Below are positions 14,090-26,522 of a stretch of DNA of 64,000 nt, piece after piece (the first letter of the stretch is position 1; each line of letters opens with the position of its first letter). The DNA comes from Pecten maximus (Eukaryota), in NCBI RefSeq assembly GCF_902652985.1, contig NC_047018.1, positions 48,236,001 to 48,300,000 of the forward strand, given 5' to 3'. A model generated the notes under the pieces. That model was not told the origin of the DNA, ran no database searches, and saw only the letters and a list, made by a program, of their open reading frames with translations. The position numbers were made by a program, and so were the translations under genes.

Positions 14090-14460
14090 TTTACCCAAAA
14101 ACACCCAAAACTACCCAAAAACACCCCAAAACCACCTTAAACCTACCAAAAAACATCCTTAAATGTTGAGATAAACGCATTATCATATTACAAATGGGTT
14201 TCAAAAAGTTTTTTGCCGACTTGATAAACTACGATTTTGATTTTTGATTTCTTGTTCGGTATTTCAAGACACAAAACTAACCCAAAAACGCACAACAACT
14301 ACCCCCAAAACACTCCAAAACACCATAAACCTACCCAAAAACACCCTTAAATGTCGAGATAAATGCATTATCATGTTAAAAATGGCTTTGAAAAAGTTCT
14401 TGGTCGACTTGATAAACGACGATTTGGGTTTTGTTGTTTTGACTCGTATTTCTTTTAAAT
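14090..14460. repeat. Two tandem units of about 185 bp rich in ACCCAAAA
   Basis: The block CCTTAAATGT.GAGATAAA.GCATTATCAT...GACTTGATAAAC occurs twice. Confidence 0.65.
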
Positions 14461-15820
14461 TTATACAATTTCGAAGCGCCCTATTCGAAGGGGCATAACT
14501 CTAGCCTGTACTCTTACAACACGGCCACGTGGTTAGTTCTTGTGTCATAAGCCGACCTTTATTTTTTGAACAAATAAACAAGTTCTTGTTCTTGATTCTG
14601 ATATTGCTTTAATATTTGTAAATGAATTGAAGTAAATCTGTTTTAATTTTTTTATTTTTACTAGATCTACTTACTTGTTTTTCATATTTCCATAGTAATT
14701 TTATTTTATTTTTTATTAACGCTTGGCATCTATATCAAAACTCTGTATATGGTACGCTCCATATAGGAAATATATAGAAAGTATTGGAAACAAACGTGAA
14801 CACGTGCCTGCAATTAATGCGAATTAGATAACAATTATGTAAGGGACTGAATAAACTTTTTGAGTTATATTTGTGAATTAGTTATAACAAGTGCTACCAG
14901 GGACATTATGTTCTGTTAAAACTGGCCATATATAACATGTAACATCTTACTAATTTTCTATTATAACGAGCCGTATACAACTTGTAACATCTTACTATTT
15001 TCTATTATAACGGGTCATATATAACATGTAAAATCTTAATAAGTTTCCATTTTATCGGGTTGTTGTAACATGCAAAGCATTTGAATAACGGGCCGTTTAT
15101 AACATGTAACGACTTACGTCATATAGCCTTTATTGTTATGAGGACAGTCTACTGAGGGCATGGTTTGTTGCATACCAATTTTTATTTCGGTTATAATACT
15201 TCTCTGCTTCTAGTAATATAAGTTTAAAATGCAATTCATACATGATGTGAAATAAATTCTGAAAATTTAGAATTTTTACTAGCCAAAACAGCAATGATCA
15301 TTGCGAGTTTAATAAGTTTTAGTATTAATTATGATTAGTCACGATGAACTAAATTGTATGTTTTTTATCATAAAATAAAATTCAAAAAATGATTCAAAGC
15401 AGTGAATTATACTGTCATGCATTTTCAACACATCTTTCAAATTTTCAATGACATGTTCCAGATCACAAAATATTACATAGTCAGTATACATATCCACTCA
15501 CAGTAAAATCCATACTTAGAATTATCCAATATCAATAATACTAATAGCGAATCTAAATATAATATCAAAGCATTGTAGCCAAATGATCTCAATAGAACAG
15601 AAACTAAGAGATGGCCTGACTGGACTGGTTTGTGTTTCTTGCGCATGCACCAATTTAGCTTATTATAACAGTGCTTTGCAGGATCTTTCATTTGACCAAT
15701 AAAGATCATTTAATGGTGTGTGCAAAGATCTCGCACTCGGATAGTTTAGTTATTCAAGAAGCCACTGAAGCAAAAAGTATTGAACATAAACACTGCAATT
15801 TTGTTAATGAGTAGTTTTAT

Positions 15821-16692
15821 TTTTAGCTCACCTGGCTGAAGGGCAAGTGAGCTTATGTCGTGGTGTGGCGTCCGTCCGTCCGGCGTCAATTTTTCATTTA
15901 AACAACTTCTGCTAATAACCAAGAGGCCCAGGGACTAGATATTGCACCTGTAGCATGCTGGGGTGAAGGGCTACCAAGTTTGTTCAAAGAAATGGCCTTG
16001 ACTTTCATTCAAGATCACATGGGTCAAAAAGGCTATAATCTTCCAACGACTTCTTCTCAATAAGCAAGAGGCCCAGGGACCTGATATTGGACCTGTAGCA
16101 TGCCGGGGTGAAGGGCTACCAAGTTTGTTCAAATAAATTACCTTCACCTTCATTCAAGGTCACAGAGGTGAAATAGGCTATAATCTTCCAACTACTTCTT
16201 CGCAATAAGCATGGGGCCCAGGGACTTAATATTGGGCCTGTAGCATGCTGACGTGAAGGGCTATGTTTGTTCAAATAAATGACATTGAACTTCATTCAAG
16301 GTGACATGGGAACTTCATTCAAGGTCACATGGGTCAAATAGGCTATAATCTTCAAACAGCTTCTTCTCAATAACAAAGAGCTCAGGGACGTGATATTGGG
16401 CCTGTAGCATGCTGGGTCGTAGGGCTACCAAATTTGCTAAAATAAATGACCTTGACCTTCATTCATGGTCACAGGGGTGAAATAGGCTTAAATCTGTACA
16501 CAATAATTTTGCGATAGCCAAAAGTCTCTGAAGCCTGACATTAGGCAAATAATATGCTGGAAGGAAGGACTAGAAAATTCTTCGATATGAAAAAACAGGT
16601 AATCAGCATAGTACGTGTAGAAATTACCTCAATCAACGTTAAAGTTGGTGTAGAGCCAGGTGAGCGATACAGGCCCATTGGGCCTCTTGTTT
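15821..16692. mobile_element. pearl/HINE-like element with an internal tandem array of about 120-bp units
   Basis: TTTTTAGCTCACCTG subterminal IR, GTCC microsatellite, about 5 internal units, CAGGTGAGCGA, hairpin AGGCCCATTGGGCCT and CTTGTT end. Confidence 0.85.
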
Positions 16693-18108
16693 GAGAGGTA
16701 CAGTTTCTATGATGTCAACAAAATTGAGATATCTTCTTATTCTCTCATGCATGTAAAGACACATATATATATATAGAAAGGATTTATTTTTTTGGAAATT
16801 AGAAATATGTCTGCAAGACATGGAAGTCCTTCCTCCTCCTGGGGATTTCAGTTTGTCGAATTTGATTTTGTGATGGGACATTTAATCTCGATGTGTCCCT
16901 GCATTCCGTTGTGCTATATTCGGCGAAGTCCTAATGCCTATATGACTGATCTGTTACTTTGCCTATGAGTTAAAAATGTTCTTGGCATTTTTAGCAATTA
17001 CTTGTTGCAAACAAAGAAATTAAAAACAAATTACCCGTTTCCGGCAGATATGTGTGGAATGTTGGAATTTGTAGCATAAACCATCTACTACTTGCACTAT
17101 CAATATATTATTTTGGTATTAGTGTACCATGGTATTGCCTAACAACAAATTCAGTAGGTTAATTCACCAGTACACTGTGTGGATACATATATTACATAAT
17201 CATTATATTTATTATATATATATGATAGCAAAGATGTAATCAACACAACAAGTATTGTTTGCTTATGAGTGTATATATTGAAACAAATTTGTGCAAACCT
17301 TACAATCCATTTAGTATGGAGTTACTTCCCCTTTAAATATGCTAGAGGTGTAAATGCCATTTCTAGTTTTCAATATAAGCCAGTTACCATTTTATCATAT
17401 TAAAAAAACATTTTGAATCCATACAATAATACAATTATTTTCATTATCATAGTCACGAAAATAGTATTTGGGTGAAGTAGAGTACTCGACTTTTCAAATT
17501 ACATTACTACATCTTACAACACCCAGAATAAGCTAAGCTTTGTTTGTTTGGGGTTTTTTTAAGTGAGAGAGTTTTTGCATCTTTTGTGCGTTTATCTTTC
17601 ACGTCTGATCACATGACTTAGGAATCTTTGCAGTAGATAAGCCTGATCTTTTTTCACTTGTACTGACTCGACGTCCCCATGGCCGTATAATGCACCATGT
17701 ATCAAACTTTCTTGTAGATTTGATTTGTCGATTCGGAATTATTATTTTTCCTCGGTCATCAATACGTGCACGTAAACCTATTCCTTATAATGTCATGTCT
17801 AATATTTGTTGCGGTTCTTCAAAGTCATTCAGTTCGGGTGCTGGTATTATGTGTTTTCACTGCATAGGAAGCCAGCCAGTGTATACAGGTTCATATTAAC
17901 TTGTTGTGTTGTTGTCATTGTCAGTGATTTTTTTGCCTTTTTTCACAGCAGCCTGTACCTTTTAAATTGGGAAAATTTCGCGGCATTTTCAGGAAATTGG
18001 GAAAATACAAGATAACTTATTAATGACAAAAACAAAGTAAAGTTTTACAGTTGGCTGTGTTTTTATTAGATGTTTAAGGATTAATGCCTAAATTACAGTT
18101 CCACACTT

Positions 18109-21100
18109 TTACAGGTAAAGTTTCCTAGTTTTGAAATGTTTATAAAGATCCTCAAGTTCTTCTTTTTCTTGGTCAGTTAGGCCTTCATCTACATGGCAGA
18201 TCCTCATCACTGCATCCAAGTTTCCTTGGCTGAGTCGGTTTCTCCTCTTAGTCAGAATGTTTGCCAACAATGAAACTCCTTTCCACCACAGCAGTTGAAG
18301 AGGGAATGATCATACAGAAGTACACTAATCTGTATACTAGAGGAAAACACTCCCTCAACACCCCATCTCTACTAAATTCTGTCTACAAGTCACCCACAGT
18401 ATGAGCACCATTTCTCCTGTAATGATAAATCAATTTACCAATTATTTCACAGTCAAGAAACACCAAACATCAATAATCTAGATTATTATGTTACTTAGTA
18501 TGACCATACAGACAGTTATAAAATAAATACATTTCAAAACAGATTAAGCTATTAATATTAAAATATGATGGTCACAGGTGTTAATTAAATTCTACAGTTA
18601 TCGTTTAACAGTACATGTAAGTATGAAATTAACATTTTCAAGATTTACGATAGAATGAATGTGGATAGCCACTTCAATCAAAAATAATACTCTTTTTATA
18701 AATTTATTTATTTATTAAGCAATATACATTGTATATTTCCTCAATCTGCCAATACTAGCTTGTGAACATCCATGTGAAGAGACAGTAGCAAGGTTGCAGT
18801 AAATGAGTTAACTTAAGGGAACTCAATCACTGAAAGAAAATAAAACACTTGTTAACCCTAAGAAGAAAAAGAAACAACAACAAAAAAACAAAAAGAAACC
18901 AAAGTTGAAACAAACAAACAAAAATTAAATAAATCGATGAAATAACTGGCTGGACTTCTTTTTTGATAGTTATTCTCAAATCTTAGTCTTCAACTACCAT
19001 GAGGTGTCCTTTCTTTATATTATAATTTCTGATTCTTTATTGAAACAGCCCCATGTGATGGCGAAATTTTGTTAAAAACTTGAAGGTAGTCCCTCTACCC
19101 ATGAAGTCTCCACCAGAACAGAAAAAGTTTAAACAATAGAAAAGAGTGATCACAATTCAGAGTCTTTTAAGTTCACACCTTAGCATGAAAAGATGGGTTT
19201 TGAAACTTTCCAACTCTGTTTTCAGCAGAAGAGGGTCCATAAGGGCTGGCATCTGGATTGTGTGGCCCATAAATGTGTCCTCTTTCCTTGACCCATAAAA
19301 GTCAACCAGCGTCTGGATGTGATTCTAATTGAAAACAAATTGATAAATGTTCATCTCACTGACTCACATACTGCTCCATAACAAACCAAATTACAAAGAT
19401 CTTTAAAATGTTAATAGTTATTTTTTCAATGAAAATTTGTCAAGTCAAGATATTTATTCTACAGGTTATTTTGTTTACTTTAGCTTACCAGTATATTAAA
19501 ATTTTGAATTAAATCATCATATGGACCATTGGTACACATTTACTGATATTTACATTTCCATATTCTTTTAACTCCCCAACAGTGTCTGGAAGATTGTCTG
19601 GATTCAGTATGGCAAATGCTGATAGGACAGGTGCCCCTATGCAAAAGGCATCCTCAATCTCCTGGATTAGATCATAGATGAGAGGAATTCCTGCAAATAA
19701 CTCACAATGATCAATAATTAAATGAAATAACAGGATCCTCAGATGGATGTTCTTTTTAATACAAATTCATGCAAACAGCAGTAACTGTGTATACAGACTA
19801 CCTACATAGATGTAAAAGGTCTTATATGATTAATATTCTGTTTGAATGTTTCAACTTTTTTCAGCAATCTCAAAATCAAAATTTGATCAAAAACAAAAAT
19901 TAATTAGAAATTATTAATATGTCAATATATTTTATATGAAACTTTCAAAGCAACTAGCAATAATGATAAGATTTGACAATAATTTATTCACTGGCACTGG
20001 GAATAATTACCTGTCTCCTGGAGAAATGTTCTGGGGTCGAGTGCCTGCTGGTCACCCCTCATTTGTCTTCCAAGATCTGTGCGATCATCAATTTCTTGGA
20101 AGATTTGTTCCGACTTGGCAAACTCCACATCATCCCAGTCATTGCCTTCATATTTCTGTATAACTGCATGCAGTGAGTCTGTTGTAATTTTTACATGTTT
20201 TGGTAGGGACGTAAAATTCACATGTTCCTCTTGCAAGTATAGTGACAACATGTTGACTGGTTTAAGGATATCACATAGTAGTAAAATGGTTGCCACCACT
20301 TTCTTGTTTGTGCAGTTCAGTCGGAGGCCGTATACTTCTGGTTCTCTTCGTTTGTTCATAAAGAGCATCAAGGGTGTCCAAGATACATACAAACCTAAAA
20401 TTAAAATTAATGACGACTGCATTTTTTTCAAGTTACATACGGTTATGAATAATGTTTCTCAATTGATGTAATATTTAATGCATAATCTTCTTTCTCCCTT
20501 TTTAACATTGCATAGATTTTCAGTTTCACATCTATTATGAAATCTAAATTTTATCACGTCATGAAAATAATATTTTACCCAGTCCTGGTAGTAAATTACC
20601 AACTTAACTTTGAATTACTCGCATTCCAAACATATTTAGTACCAATAAAGAAGTTTGTAAGTGTTGATACTGTTACGCTGGTTACATACCTTCCAATGAA
20701 TCTGGCTGCAGCCTTAAGGTGTGACAGCCACCGAGTAGTCGCTGCCCTGGTTATGGTTAAAGGCTCTTTTCCATAGACAGCCTGGATATGTTTGAAAACT
20801 TCCATTCTTTGTGCAGAAAACTCAAACAACTTCCACAAAGAAAGGCGTGTGGCGTCCACATCTTGAAGTATGGGGAATCGCTTTATCAAGTGGACCAAGC
20901 AAACTGCAAGGCGATGATTACGACAGTTTATATATGCAGAGAATGGACTGATGTGTCGGATTCGTCTCTGGAGACCCAATTTACTAATTATAGAAAACAA
21001 AATTTTATAATAAATTGTCTTGTTTTTTGTTTTTGTTTTTTTAAAGTAGTAGGATGAAACAACTATAAATTGCTTACTAGTATAATCATTAGAATTGATT

Positions 21101-21361
21101 TTGCATCTATATGTACATGTTTGTTATTTTATACAGATGTAATCTGCAGTGCTGCAGGAAATCTAGAATATCTTACTTGATTTTAATTAGTTACCTTTTT
21201 GGACACCACTCATAGTATTACATCCGTCCAATGCAATAAATCTGATGTTTTCCTTGTCAATGTTTTTTGCAACCATGAAATTCTCCAGAGCAGCCATGAT
21301 GTATTCTGCTGTCCCCTTTTCCAGTTTGCAAAATCCGAGGAAATGTGTTGCAACGGGTGTG
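18109..21361 (-). pseudogene. Decayed multi-exon hAT-superfamily transposase (ZNF862/C17orf113-like), cut at the 5' side by an insertion
   Basis: Exon peptides THFLGFCKL...FIALDGCNTMSGVQKG, YINCRNHRLA (CxxH), TTRWLS, NMLSLYLQ and C-terminal dimerisation-like IIPSSTAVVE..NILTKRRNRL; contains a stop, frameshifts and a damaged splice acceptor. Confidence 0.85.
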
Positions 21362-22090
21362 CCTAATGAGTGTCCTGTGAGGAATGAGTGTCCTGTGTGA
21401 GTTTTTTTCACGCCCCGCAATTCGTTAAGTGATATTTTTAAATATTTTTTTCGGTATTATACAGACGAACATCGAACCCATTAACATGCCAAATTTGACT
21501 TTGATTGGACGTGCGCATATTATGCATTTTTAACGACATAGTTACGGTGCAGTGCAAATGCGAGTGTCCTGTGAGGTTTTCGCACGCCCCGCAATTCATT
21601 AAACGATATTTTAAAATTATTTTTTCTGTATCATACAGATGAATATTAAACCTAATAACATGCAAAATTTGACCTTGATTGGACAGATGCATAAAATGCA
21701 AATGTAACGGCGAAGACGAAGTAACGGTGCCATAAAACTGCGAGTGTCCTGCGAGGAATGTGACCTGTGAGGAATGAGTGTCCTGCGAGTGTTTTTGCAC
21801 GCCCCGCAATTCATTAAATGATATTTTAGAATTATTTTTTCTGTATCATACAGATGAATATCTAACCTATTAACATGTAAAATTTGACCTTGATATAACG
21901 AGTGCATATTATATAAATGTACCGTCAAAGTTACATTGCAGGGTGTCCCGCGAGGTGTTCGCACGCCCCGTGATTTTGTTTACCTTTCGAATACAGTGTG
22001 TACTATAGGCTAACTAGTGAGTGTCCTGTGGCGCCGTGCCAACCTCGGGTACCTTGCCGCAGGCATGGTCACTAGTGATTGAACTGCTCA
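21362..22090 (+). mobile_element. Left arm of a TIR element with subterminal tandem repeats of about 190 bp (terminus CCTAATGAGTGTCCTGTGAG)
   Basis: Abruptly interrupts the hAT exon; about 4 units containing CACGCCCCGCAATTC; inverted homologues at 43330-44090, 44395-44660 and 63230-63315. Confidence 0.7.
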
Positions 22091-22374
22091 AACTTTAAAA
22101 CTATGTCCGTTATATAAGAATTACACAAGAAATAACATTATTACCCCTGAAATATACGTATTTTCTCCCAAAGTACGTATATAATAATTATACAATTAAT
22201 AACTTTATTACGCGTGAAATATACGTATTTTCTCCCAAAGTACGTATATAATAATTATACAATAAATAACTTTATTGCGACTGAAATATACGTATTTTCT
22301 CCCCAAGTCCGTTTATGATAATTATACAAAAATTAACTTTATCATGATCGAAATATATGTATTTTAATATATAG

Positions 22375-23123
22375 TGTAGCGAAAATAGCCGGGGAACTAT
22401 AATCAAAGTCCCGCAGCCCTCGGTAGGTGTCCTCGAGGTAGCGTCAGACACCCGCCACAATACCCGAGTTTAGAATTAAATAGTGTATTCAGCAACATCA
22501 GCATACGTAGCAACATCCAGCAAAGTAACACCTAGGCACTCCAACTCGATCTCTCCCTCGAACTGCAACTGACTCCCTGCACTCCACGAACTCAACTGCA
22601 CGAACGCCCTCTCTGAACTGAACTCCCTCTCTGACATGAACTTTCACCCCTTTTATACCAAAACCTAACGGAGCGCTACCGGAGCGCCGGAGCCCTGCAG
22701 GAGCGGTGCCGGAGCGGTGCACACATGTACCGGAGCCTTCCGGTGACTTAAATGTGTAAATAACAATGTACATAACACTTAGAAAAACAATTAGCCGCGA
22801 GTAAATGTTGACCATGTGTAATATAGATGGGGCAACGCTGGAGCTCGCAGACGGGTCCAGCCATTTGTAGTGGGTAATAGGGATGAGAGGCGATTAATAC
22901 CTCTCTGACAGGGGCAATAAACATGAACGGGAGCCGGGCAGACGATTACTGCCACGGGCGTGGTGAATTGATTACTTCACGGGATATCATCCCGACGTGT
23001 CCCTCCCCATCTAATTACCAACGGTCAACAGATTGACGGGCTATTAAAATTCCTAAAGCAAAGATGGTATAACAGAAAGTAGAAACATAGAAAAATACTA
23101 CACTAATATAGAAAAATACTACA
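22375..23123 (-). repeat. 3' LTR of element A (749 bp)
   Basis: Matches 30982-31379 plus 39778-40175; preceded on the minus strand by the polypurine tract AAGGAGGGGGAAG. Confidence 0.93.
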
Positions 23124-23799
23124 CTTCCCCCTCCTTAGAAACACTGAACTTCCACTGTTCAGCTAACCACATTCTCTCTCGTTCTCACTAAATAAGATAA
23201 TAAGCAAACCAGACATATGTACAGGATATACATGTATATGTTGTCTACATAACGCATATAAAAACTCTTCTAGATAACTATCATACAAATAGATGGTCAG
23301 ACTAATTGATCTGAATAAACAACCACTAAATAAAACTACAGCTACATTAAAACACATCGCATAGGCGTGGTCTACCCGTCGATGATAACTATAATACTAA
23401 ACTACATAATTCAGAAAAAAATGTTTATCTAACGATTCTCATATCTCGATATCTATACACGCCATTCCAGAACATATTATCAATATCAGGAAAATGTATT
23501 TCTCAGTTCATGAATCTACACACGGCTTTCGTAACATACTATTCAAGAACTTACACAAAATTGCAAAGGTAAACATCCCGAAGGAATAGTTCAGGAGGTA
23601 AATGTTTTTTACTGTTACTGTTAATAATCCAAAGAATGTCGCAGTCTTATTTGATAATAATCCAAATGAATGTCACAGCTTAATTTTGGTAATAATCCAA
23701 GTAATGTCACAGCTTAATCTAAATAATCCAGAGTCACAGTTTTCAACATTAATCCAAAAGAAAGTCACAGGAATGTCATAATTATTAATCATTCCGCAT

Positions 23800-25299
23800 T
23801 TAGAAGGCAGATCTTAAAGGTAACTTTGTGTGAGTGAATTGTTGTTTATTCCGTCTCCTCCTCCTCCATTTAACACCTCCCGGTGATTCATATCCACTTT
23901 CGGATTCTGTTTCTGACTCTTCATTAAACTTGTGTCGTTGGATACGATTTGATATATCCTTTATTAGCCCTCCGCATCCCGGTTCACTAGAAATGGTAGT
24001 CTCCATAGACACATTTAGTTTCTCCTTCTCGATTTTGGGCAATTTTTGGTACTGGTTCCGTTCATCGACAGTGTTTGACCCGTCATTGGCTTCGAGCGTT
24101 TCACGGTTTTGTTGGTTATGGAGTGTTCGGTCATACCTATTGTACCTGATGTTTTTCTCCGTTTCCCGACGAGGGGATCGGATGTTTTCTCTGGTACAGT
24201 TGGTTATCCGACTATCCCCTCTCCACTTAATCGTGTGTGCCCGGGGATTACCTTGCATGGGTCGTTTAACTGCTTCAGTATTGTACCCGTCACTGGTCAC
24301 GAGCGTTTCACGGTTTTGTGGGTTATGGAGTGTTCGGTCATACCTATTGTACCTGATGTTTTTCTCCGTTTCCCGACAAGGGGATCGGATGTTTTCTCTG
24401 GTACAGTTGGTTATCCGACTATCCCCTTTCCACTTACCCGTGTTTGCCCGGCGATTACCTTGTATGGGTCGTTTAACTGATTCGATCGGACCTAGACCCT
24501 CATGCCCGACCGGATGATTGTCCAAACTATAGTTAAACATGTCTCGCCGTGCACAACCATCACGTGCATGGTTCCTCTTCGGCCTTTTCTTCGTATTCCA
24601 CCTATTTCTGGGGAAACGTGGACTGTGGGCTCTCCGTTCCGCGTCCGAATCAACGGACATAACAGGTCTTATAGGAGACTTGTTATATCTCCGTAGTTCT
24701 CTCTCATGAATACGTATGCATTCCTCGTGCGTAGCGTTGGTAACCGCCTCGGTTATACTTCTAGGTTTGGTTCTCCTAACCGCTAAGCGAAACTCTACAG
24801 ACTCACTACATTTATCTAGAAAAGCCTGGAGTGTATGTTCTTCCACTAGATCAGGTTTCCCCCGATAGGCTCGCCGGTATAAATCTTCCAGGGCTTGGCC
24901 AAAATCTCGAAGTGATCCTCCCTTATTCCGGCGTCGTAGTTTGGCTTCAGTCATATGCTTTTCTTTCATGGCTTTAAATCCAAATCTGTCATCCATTTTT
25001 TCCAACAAACGGTTATAGGTACGTTTGCATGACGGTTGGAGACCGTATACATATGAGACAGCCTGGCCACGTAATGTGCTCAATAACACACGCCTTTTCC
25101 GTTCCTCATTCCACATATTCAGTTCGACAAGATTTTCAAAATATTCAAGGAATTCTGGCCATATATCTGTACTTTTTCCAGTAAAAGTTCTCCGTATTGG
25201 GTAATCATGATGCCAAGCTCTCTGGAACGGAAAGTTACTGCATTGCGGGCATAGTTTTGCCTCGCGACCATCAGCGTAAGACACATCATCAAGCCACTT
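23800..25299 (-). CDS. gag: Gypsy-type Gag (capsid) with an Arg-rich C-terminus containing a 69-aa tandem duplication
   Basis: Gag-like pattern WPEFLEYFE...W...LRGQA...Y..L...MDDRFG...SLRDFGQALEDLYRRAY...KPRSITEAV; no CCHC knuckle, and no protease, RT or integrase downstream. Confidence 0.85.
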   Translation of the reverse strand, partial: KWLDDVSYADGREAKLCPQCSNFPFQRAWHHDYPIRRTFTGKSTDIWPEFLEYFENLVELNMWNEERKRRVLLSTLRGQAVSYVYGLQPSCKRTYNRLLEKMDDRFGFKAMKEKHMTEAKLRRRNKGGSLRDFGQALEDLYRRAYRGKPDLVEEHTLQAFLDKCSESVEFRLAVRRTKPRSITEAVTNATHEECIRIHERELRRYNKSPIRPVMSVDSDAERRAHSPRFPRNRWNTKKRPKRNHARDGCARRDMFNYSLDNHPVGHEGLGPIESVKRPIQGNRRANTGKWKGDSRITNCTRENIRSPCRETEKNIRYNRYDRTLHNPQNRETLVTSDGYNTEAVKRPMQGNPRAHTIKWRGDSRITNCTRENIRSPRRETEKNIRYNRYDRTLHNQQNRETLEANDGSNTVDERNQYQKLPKIEKEKLNVSMETTISSEPGCGGLIKDISNRIQRHKFNEESETESESGYESPGGVKWRRRRRNKQQFTHTKLPLRSAF

Positions 25300-25560
25300 C
25301 TAGTCTTCTGAATGATGACTGTCGTTATTAAACTCATTGTTTTTCCTTGACAGTCCTCTAATTCTGACAATTAGCACGGCTATGATACATAACACCAGAC
25401 ATAAAAGCCCAATCTGTCCTGCTTGCCTAGTACGTCGCTGCAGGGTGTCGAGATTGAACACGATGATACTGGATACATAATCGTAGCTCCAATACACCAA
25501 ATACACAGCTAGTCCAGATAGTAATACTATTAGGGACAGTGTGCACATCACGAGCGAACA
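25300..25560 (-). CDS. C-terminal part of a two-transmembrane-helix ORF, in frame with gag and ending in TAG
   Basis: Hydrophobic stretches SLVMCTLSLIVLLSGLAVYLVYW and IGLLCLVLCIIAVLIV followed by basic RIRGLSRK. Confidence 0.65.
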   Translation of the reverse strand, partial: CSLVMCTLSLIVLLSGLAVYLVYWSYDYVSSIIVFNLDTLQRRTRQAGQIGLLCLVLCIIAVLIVRIRGLSRKNNEFNNDSHHSED

Positions 25561-25751
25561 AATAGATTTATCATAGTTATGTAAATGAGTGTATGGGTAA
25601 GTCCGGGTCAGAGTTCAGCACGTGCCGCATTATTGGCACGTGCGATAGGTAGTCTTAGGACAGTGATGACACGTACAGGTGTCTGTGTTTGCCTAGCCAT
25701 TGTACTATACGGACGTGTTTTCTCTATTCCCTTATCACTTGGGTTCACATT

Positions 25752-26522
25752 GACATGTCTGAGAAGGAAAGTTTAGAGGAAATCATTTATTCTCATCCTG
25801 CTCCTCCAGCAAAGGAACCAGCCAGCAATGACGCTTTCCAGGCATTAGGCTTATTCACTACTTACCTGGATGAAAGACTAAAACGTCTCCGTGAAGATAT
25901 ACGAGATGAGCAGGTCATATCTGCTAATTCTTTCAAACGGTTGAAAAAGGAAAGAGAGGTCAAGTTCAAGTTTAATGGTAACCAGAAGCAATTTGAGTTT
26001 AACACAGAAGTGCTTGACGAACTTGAACTAGCAGAGAAAGCTGTTCATAAAAGTGACGCAAACTCTACTTTGTTAAGCCTGTCGAAAATCAAGACTCTTA
26101 TTCATAAAAGAAACAAACTCATTCGTATTGCTGACAAATCTTCTTGTGGTTGGGATACCGTGAAGGAGTATGAAAGTGACGAGCTCGCAAGTGATTCCGA
26201 AGATGAAAAGAAAATCCGTCAGGCGGAATTTCGGGCACAACGCAAAAAACGAGTCCAAAAGAAATCTACTCCAGCAGCCGCGACTGGTGGACCCCCCGGG
26301 AAACTGTATGGCTCTCATAGTATTGACGGTAATCATTCTGGTGCTTTTCGTGGCTCCCCTCAGTTTCACCAGCATTCCAGGTTTCATCGCGGAGGGACCT
26401 GGCCTCAGTTCGGCGGTAGGGGGCGTGGCAGCCCCGCCCCCACAGACTTGTGCCATGCCTGTGGAGGAGTTGGACATTGGAGAGCAAATTGCCCAAAGAT
26501 CACGGATTCAGCCGGAAAATGA
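25752..26522 (+). CDS. gag: DIRS/Ngaro Gag-like ORF1 with CCHC zinc knuckle
   Basis: GNQKQFEFN, KRNKLIRIADKS..GW.TV.EY..DELASDSEDEKKI and CHACGGVGHWRANC. Confidence 0.9.
   Translation, partial: DMSEKESLEEIIYSHPAPPAKEPASNDAFQALGLFTTYLDERLKRLREDIRDEQVISANSFKRLKKEREVKFKFNGNQKQFEFNTEVLDELELAEKAVHKSDANSTLLSLSKIKTLIHKRNKLIRIADKSSCGWDTVKEYESDELASDSEDEKKIRQAEFRAQRKKRVQKKSTPAAATGGPPGKLYGSHSIDGNHSGAFRGSPQFHQHSRFHRGGTWPQFGGRGRGSPAPTDLCHACGGVGHWRANCPKITDSAGK

Noticed and set aside
21438-21964. ORFs of 115-123 aa here and at 43011-43424
   Set aside because: They lie in or overlap the 190-bp tandem repeat and show no recognisable domain
23834-24517. 227-aa plus-strand ORF, and other antisense ORFs over gag/pol genes
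   Set aside because: Shadow frames of the real ORFs on the opposite strand, inflated by the 207-bp duplication
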